The translations under genes and the position numbers were made by a program. The notes under the pieces were generated by a model. It made no database searches. It was not told where the DNA came from and was given only the letters and a program-made list of their open reading frames with translations. Positions 30,125-33,475 of a stretch of 33,475 bases of DNA are shown here, one piece after another. Positions within the stretch are counted from its first letter, which is position 1; every line of letters begins with the position of its first letter. This DNA comes from a bacterium HR23 (lineage in GTDB: Bacteria > Chloroflexota > Dehalococcoidia > Lucifugimonadales > HRBIN23), in NCBI GenBank assembly GCA_002923335.1, contig BEHZ01000002.1:1-33475 (forward strand), given 5' to 3'.

Positions 30125-30715
30125 ATGCGGAAACTCATGACACACTGGAGGCAGGTGAGCCGGAGTCAGCGGGGCATCACCGGACTGGAGACCGCCATTA
30201 TCCTCATCGCCTTCGTGGTGGTCGCCTCGGTCTTTGCCTACACCGTCCTCTCCGCCGGCATCTTCTCCTCCGAGAAGGGCAAGGAGGCGGTGCATTCGGG
30301 TCTCAAGCAGGCACGGGGCTCTATGGAACTGGTGGGGGGTGTCGTTGCCATTGGCAACTCCACATCTAGCCCTTCCTCGGTGGCTAAAGTGCGCCTCACC
30401 GTTTCCAACGCCCTAGGCGGAGAGCCGATAGATTTCACGGCCAAGCCCAACAATGTGGTGGTGGTCGACTACATTGACCGGGACCAGCACCAGGCTAACC
30501 TGAACTGGACCAAGACCGCCCAGGGCAGGGATGATGGCGATGACCTGCTGGAGCAGGGGGAGAAGTTCCAGATAGAGGTAGACCTCTCCACGCTGAGTCC
30601 TGCCTTGGGGGCGAACCGCACCTTCACCATCCAGGTCAAGAGCCCCACCGGGGCCACCCTCGCCATTGAGCGCACCACCCCGGCACGCCTGGACTATGTG
30701 ATGGACCTGAACTAG
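30125..30715 (+). CDS. arlB: Archaellin (archaeal flagellin FlaB/ArlB-like) with a class III signal peptide
   Basis: SD AGGAGG precedes ATG 30125. The N-terminus MRKLMTHWRQVSRSQRG/ITGLETAIILIAFVVVASVFAYTVLSAGIFSSEKGKEAVHSGLKQA closely follows the pattern of Methanomicrobia-type archaellins (..GFTGLEAAIVLIAFVVVAAVF.Y.VL.AG.F...K..E.V..G..). The remainder is a beta-rich variable domain. Confidence 0.8.
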   Translation: MRKLMTHWRQVSRSQRGITGLETAIILIAFVVVASVFAYTVLSAGIFSSEKGKEAVHSGLKQARGSMELVGGVVAIGNSTSSPSSVAKVRLTVSNALGGEPIDFTAKPNNVVVVDYIDRDQHQANLNWTKTAQGRDDGDDLLEQGEKFQIEVDLSTLSPALGANRTFTIQVKSPTGATLAIERTTPARLDYVMDLN

Positions 30716-30734
30716 GCCACGCCGGCCCGCTTGC

Positions 30735-30766
30735 GGGGGGCCGTCTCTCCCCAGGGACGGCCCCCC
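30735..30766 (+). promoter_or_regulatory. Intercistronic GC stem-loop after the archaellin gene (no U-tract)
   Basis: Perfect 11-bp stem GGGGGGCCGTC-tctccccagg-GACGGCCCCCC, starting 20 nt after the archaellin stop. Confidence 0.55.
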
Positions 30767-30792
30767 GGCTACACCCTCGCAGGAGGCCCGCG

Positions 30793-31674
30793 ATGCCCAA
30801 GTCCCTGGAAGACCTGGAAAACGAGATGCGCATCCTGAAGAACGAGGTTCAGCAGGCTCTCCTGGACATCCGGGAGTTCCTGCTGACCTACGTGGAGAAC
30901 CCCTTCCCCACAGGGCTGGGCCGGGAGCGCCCACCTGGGTCGGGGGTGCTCTCTACCCTCTCCCAGGGCGCCAACGGCGCCTCGGCCGAGGAGAAGGGGA
31001 TGGGGGCCTCCCCCTCCGTGGGCGGGACGGGGGCAGCGCCCCCCCAGGGGATCGGCGGGGCGGGCGGGCCGGTAACCGTCTCCGTAGGGGGGGCGACCGC
31101 CTACGGGGGAGATGCCGCGTCTGAAAGTAAAGGGAGCCAGGGGGGCGCCCCACAATCGGCCGATGCCACCGATAGGGCCCCCCATACGCCCTTAGCGGGT
31201 AAGGGTGCGCCGGCCCCTCCCGGTCAACGAGAGAACCGGCCAGGGGAGAGGCAAGAGACAGGTGCGCAGGGTCCAGAAGACACCAGGGCAGCGCCGGCCC
31301 AAGAGGCCAACGGGGAGCGCCCACCATCTATAGGCAACGACCTGGCCACCGTTGCCCTTCTGGCGCCGTGGGTGGAGGCGGGCCTCAAGAGGGTGGGGAA
31401 GCAGGCGCTGGAGCGGGTTTTCGCCCTCTATGTGGACCTGGGAGGAGTATCCCCGGGGGTGCAGAAGGCCATGTCCCACCTCCTCGCCTTGTCGGGGGAG
31501 GGGGAGGAGACGCCGTCGGCACAGCCCACTCTGCGCCAGTGCCTGCGCCTGCTGGCCGACCTGGACGCCCTGCTCCTGCGGGCACGGCGGGACCTTACCA
31601 GCGCCGTCCTCCTCTCGGCGTTTCTGAGCGATGGTGCCCTCCTGGGCGCCCAGCCAGGGGACGGTGCAGTCTAA
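30793..31674 (+). CDS. Archaellum accessory protein, FlaC/FlaD/E-like fusion (ArlCDE-like)
   Basis: N-terminal coiled coil ending in NPF (LEDLENEMRILKNEVQQALLDIREFLLTYVENPFP), which is FlaC-like. A G/A/P-rich linker of about 150 aa follows. The C-terminal block LATVALLAPWVEAGLKRVGKQALERVFALYVDLGGVSPGVQKAMSHLL resembles the FlaD/E domain. SD AGGAGG precedes ATG 30793. Confidence 0.55.
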   Translation: MPKSLEDLENEMRILKNEVQQALLDIREFLLTYVENPFPTGLGRERPPGSGVLSTLSQGANGASAEEKGMGASPSVGGTGAAPPQGIGGAGGPVTVSVGGATAYGGDAASESKGSQGGAPQSADATDRAPHTPLAGKGAPAPPGQRENRPGERQETGAQGPEDTRAAPAQEANGERPPSIGNDLATVALLAPWVEAGLKRVGKQALERVFALYVDLGGVSPGVQKAMSHLLALSGEGEETPSAQPTLRQCLRLLADLDALLLRARRDLTSAVLLSAFLSDGALLGAQPGDGAV

Positions 31675-31695
31675 CGACACGCTACTCCCGATAAA

Positions 31696-31727
31696 GGCTG
31701 GGGAGCCATCCCCGGCCTTTTTGTTTG
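31696..31727 (+). terminator. Rho-independent terminator after the arlB / arlCDE-like transcription unit
   Basis: Stem GGCTGGGGA-gcca-TCCCCGGCC (one G-U pair) followed by TTTTTGTTTG. Confidence 0.7.
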
Positions 31728-31901
31728 CATGCGTCCTCGTCCGGTTTTTTTCTCCCCTCGCCTTCTGCCATGGAAACACCGGAGAGGGCAGAGGCCTTTT
31801 TACCCTGGAATGGGCAGGTTATTGACGCCCGCCTTCCCTGTAAAGGCACAAGGGGCCCCCGTCCCGCCCCGTGACGCGGGCTGGAGAGGCGAGGCTGAGG
31901 G

Positions 31902-32348
31902 CTATCGGCGCACCAAAGAGGCCACCTCTTGCGCCAGGCGCGCCAGTTGCTGAATGTCCACTTCCTCCAGGTCGGACGCCAGGCCTTGCAACTCCGGGTC
32001 CACCGTCGCCTCCGAGGCGAAGAGGGAGCGCAGGTCGTCGGACAGCCCGTTGCCGTTCTTCTGCGGGGGGTTCTCGGCAGGCGGGGGGGTATCCTGAGCA
32101 GGAGGGGGCTGGGTGGAGGGTTGTTCAGGCGGGAGCGGGGAAGCGTTTGCCTGGGGCTGAGGCGTAGGTGCCAGGTCTCCCAGAGAGGGGGAGGCCCCCA
32201 CATCTTGTAGCCAGGGCATAGGGCCGGTAGAGGGGTTCTCCCCAGGGGCGGTGGGAGATTGTGTCTCCCTCGCCTGGGGTTCCGGTGTCTCCTGGGGCGG
32301 AGATGCCTCCTTACTCTTCCCTGTTGTGCCACGAGAGAACAGGCCCAT
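31902..32348 (-). CDS. Hypothetical P/Q-rich, largely disordered protein with a conserved-looking acidic amphipathic C-terminus, located downstream of arlJ
   Basis: A strong SD GAAGGAGGTG lies 5 nt before ATG 32348. The 148-aa product has an N-terminal low-complexity region (PPQETPEPQARETQSPTAPGENP...) and the C-terminus LSDDLRSLFASEATVDPELQGLASDLEEVDIQQLARLAQEVASLVRR. I recognise no family. Confidence 0.5.
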   Translation of the reverse strand: MGLFSRGTTGKSKEASPPQETPEPQARETQSPTAPGENPSTGPMPWLQDVGASPSLGDLAPTPQPQANASPLPPEQPSTQPPPAQDTPPPAENPPQKNGNGLSDDLRSLFASEATVDPELQGLASDLEEVDIQQLARLAQEVASLVRR

Positions 32349-32408
32349 TGCGCACCTCCTTCTTCTTGTTGGCTTGGGTTGCCCTTTGGGCACCCTTGGC
32401 TGTGCCTC

Positions 32409-33475
32409 CTAAAAGCCGGGAATGGAACCCATAATAGCGTTGGCCAGCAGAGGGCTAACAATGAGGTTGACGCCCGAGGCGGCCAGGGTAATGGACAGGT
32501 GGAAGAAGATACGGTAGGGGTAACCCCCGTCGGCCAGTTGGGGGGCCAGGGCGTTTACTATCGCCAGAGCGACCACCACCGGCCCCATAAGCGTCTCCAG
32601 CAGGTGCATATTGTGGAAACTCAGGCTAAAGAAGGTGGTGAGGTTGATGTTGGACTGGCCGGCCATATCGGGCAGGCCGACCTTCTGTATGAGGTCGCCA
32701 AAGGCGGAAACGACGGCGATGACGAAGGTGAGAAGGAAGGTAACGGTAGCGTGGAGGGCGATGGTCAGCCAGGCAAAGGTGCGGGTAGTGAGTTTGCGTT
32801 TCTCCCGCAGGAAGTTGGTCTTCATGGCCAGCAGGGAGGCCCGTGCCCCCACCTCCTCGGGCTCGCCCCCCATGCGGACACCGTCCAGGAAGATGCGCAC
32901 ACTGCGCCGAATCAGTTCGCTTCCACACTCGGTAACGAGGCGGTCCCAACATAACTCGGGAGTGGCACCGGCTAGGAGGCGGAGGTGCAAGCGTCGGATA
33001 GCCGGGGCCAGGTTGGCCATGGAGCGCAGGTCTATCCGTCCCAGGGCCTCGGAGACGGTGGTGCCGATGGCGGTGGCGGTGGTTCCCACCACCCGCAGGA
33101 AAACCGCCAGGTCTCTGTCCAGTTTGGTAACGCGGGCGTCGTAACGGCTGGCCAGGAAGCCCGCCGGAAAAAAGGCCAGGGCGACCATCACCAGCACCCA
33201 TCCCAGGGGGAGGCCCACCAGACCCAGCACGGTGGCCCCCACAATGGCCCCCGGCACCAGGGTGAAGACCGCCAGACGGGGCACCCGCTGGCTGGGGAGG
33301 CCCTGGGGGCCGGGGATGAAGCGTATCTCCGCAGGGGTGGAGCGGAAGATGACCCACACCCCCAGGCCGCACAGGGCGACCGTCAGCGCCACCAGCCCCA
33401 GCACCACCCCCACCCCCAGGTCATAAATAATGGGGGAAATCACTGCAACGATAATGACCAGCACTGCGGAGACAA
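32409..33475 (-). CDS. arlJ: Archaellum/type IV filament platform protein, FlaJ/ArlJ-like (T2SS-F domain); 5' end lies beyond the window
   Basis: The frame is open to the window edge. The protein is polytopic, with a cytoplasmic T2SSF-like helical domain (DRDLAVFLRVVGTTATAIGTTVSEALGRI..AIRRLHLRLLAGATPELCWDRLVTECGSELIRRSVRIFLDGVRMGGEPEEVGARAS) followed by TM helices. It sits next to archaellin-type genes. Confidence 0.6.
   Translation of the reverse strand, partial: VSAVLVIIVAVISPIIYDLGVGVVLGLVALTVALCGLGVWVIFRSTPAEIRFIPGPQGLPSQRVPRLAVFTLVPGAIVGATVLGLVGLPLGWVLVMVALAFFPAGFLASRYDARVTKLDRDLAVFLRVVGTTATAIGTTVSEALGRIDLRSMANLAPAIRRLHLRLLAGATPELCWDRLVTECGSELIRRSVRIFLDGVRMGGEPEEVGARASLLAMKTNFLREKRKLTTRTFAWLTIALHATVTFLLTFVIAVVSAFGDLIQKVGLPDMAGQSNINLTTFFSLSFHNMHLLETLMGPVVVALAIVNALAPQLADGGYPYRIFFHLSITLAASGVNLIVSPLLANAIMGSIPGF

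Noticed and set aside
29661-30369. ORFs 29661..29954 (-) and 29941..30369 (+), and the 14-codon N-terminal extension of the archaellin from 30083
   Set aside because: No SD is present, the composition is implausible (His/Pro/Arg/Gly-rich), and they overlap the repeat and hairpin region. The archaellin has a clear AGGAGG SD before ATG 30125.
31682-32461. 259-aa minus-strand ORF overlapping the P/Q-rich ORF and the arlJ 3' end; also 31192..31779 (-) and 30953..31327 (-)
   Set aside because: These are Arg/Pro-rich frames without an SD. They cross a plus-strand terminator or sit antisense to the arlCDE-like gene. The alternative frame 31902..32348 has a strong SD and a sensible C-terminal segment.

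Overview
High-GC (roughly 65% from hand counts of a few lines) bacterial chromosomal segment; my guess is Chloroflexota-like, which is inference only. About two thirds is a housekeeping backbone. It holds the 3' part of rpoB, rpoC, a DRTGG/BioD-like protein, a tightly coupled aldolase / small ORF / epimerase operon, and alaS-ruvX-Memo. It also holds an EF-G paralogue with a substituted catalytic His, Trk/Ktr-type K+ uptake genes, an LLM-family oxidoreductase with a homopolymer frameshift, clpC and an HpcH-type aldolase. Two accessory patches stand out. (1) 17.7-19.8 kb is a visibly lower-GC island (about 40-57% in the lines I counted). It carries a truncated DNA-methyltransferase N-terminus and an intact 325-aa fusion of an EVE/PUA-like reader domain to a NucS/DUF91-like PD-(D/E)xK nuclease, a candidate single-gene modification-dependent restriction or defence module. 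The island abuts a decayed, 3'-truncated IS5-family element. (2) 27.5-33.5 kb is an archaeal-type motility (archaellum-like) locus inside this bacterial backbone. It contains an archaellin with a class III signal peptide, a FlaC/D/E-like fusion protein, a convergent FlaJ/ArlJ-like platform gene running off the window edge, and an uncharacterised P/Q-rich ORF after arlJ. Nearby are a bacterial-type prepilin peptidase, a small DUF5658-like membrane protein, and an atypical LuxR-type regulator lacking the phospho-acceptor Asp. That regulator has a paralogue at 14.6-15.4 kb. A 630-bp repeat-rich non-coding region separates it from the archaellin gene. I found no rRNA, tRNA or CRISPR array. The many long antisense ORFs in the track are high-GC artefacts.
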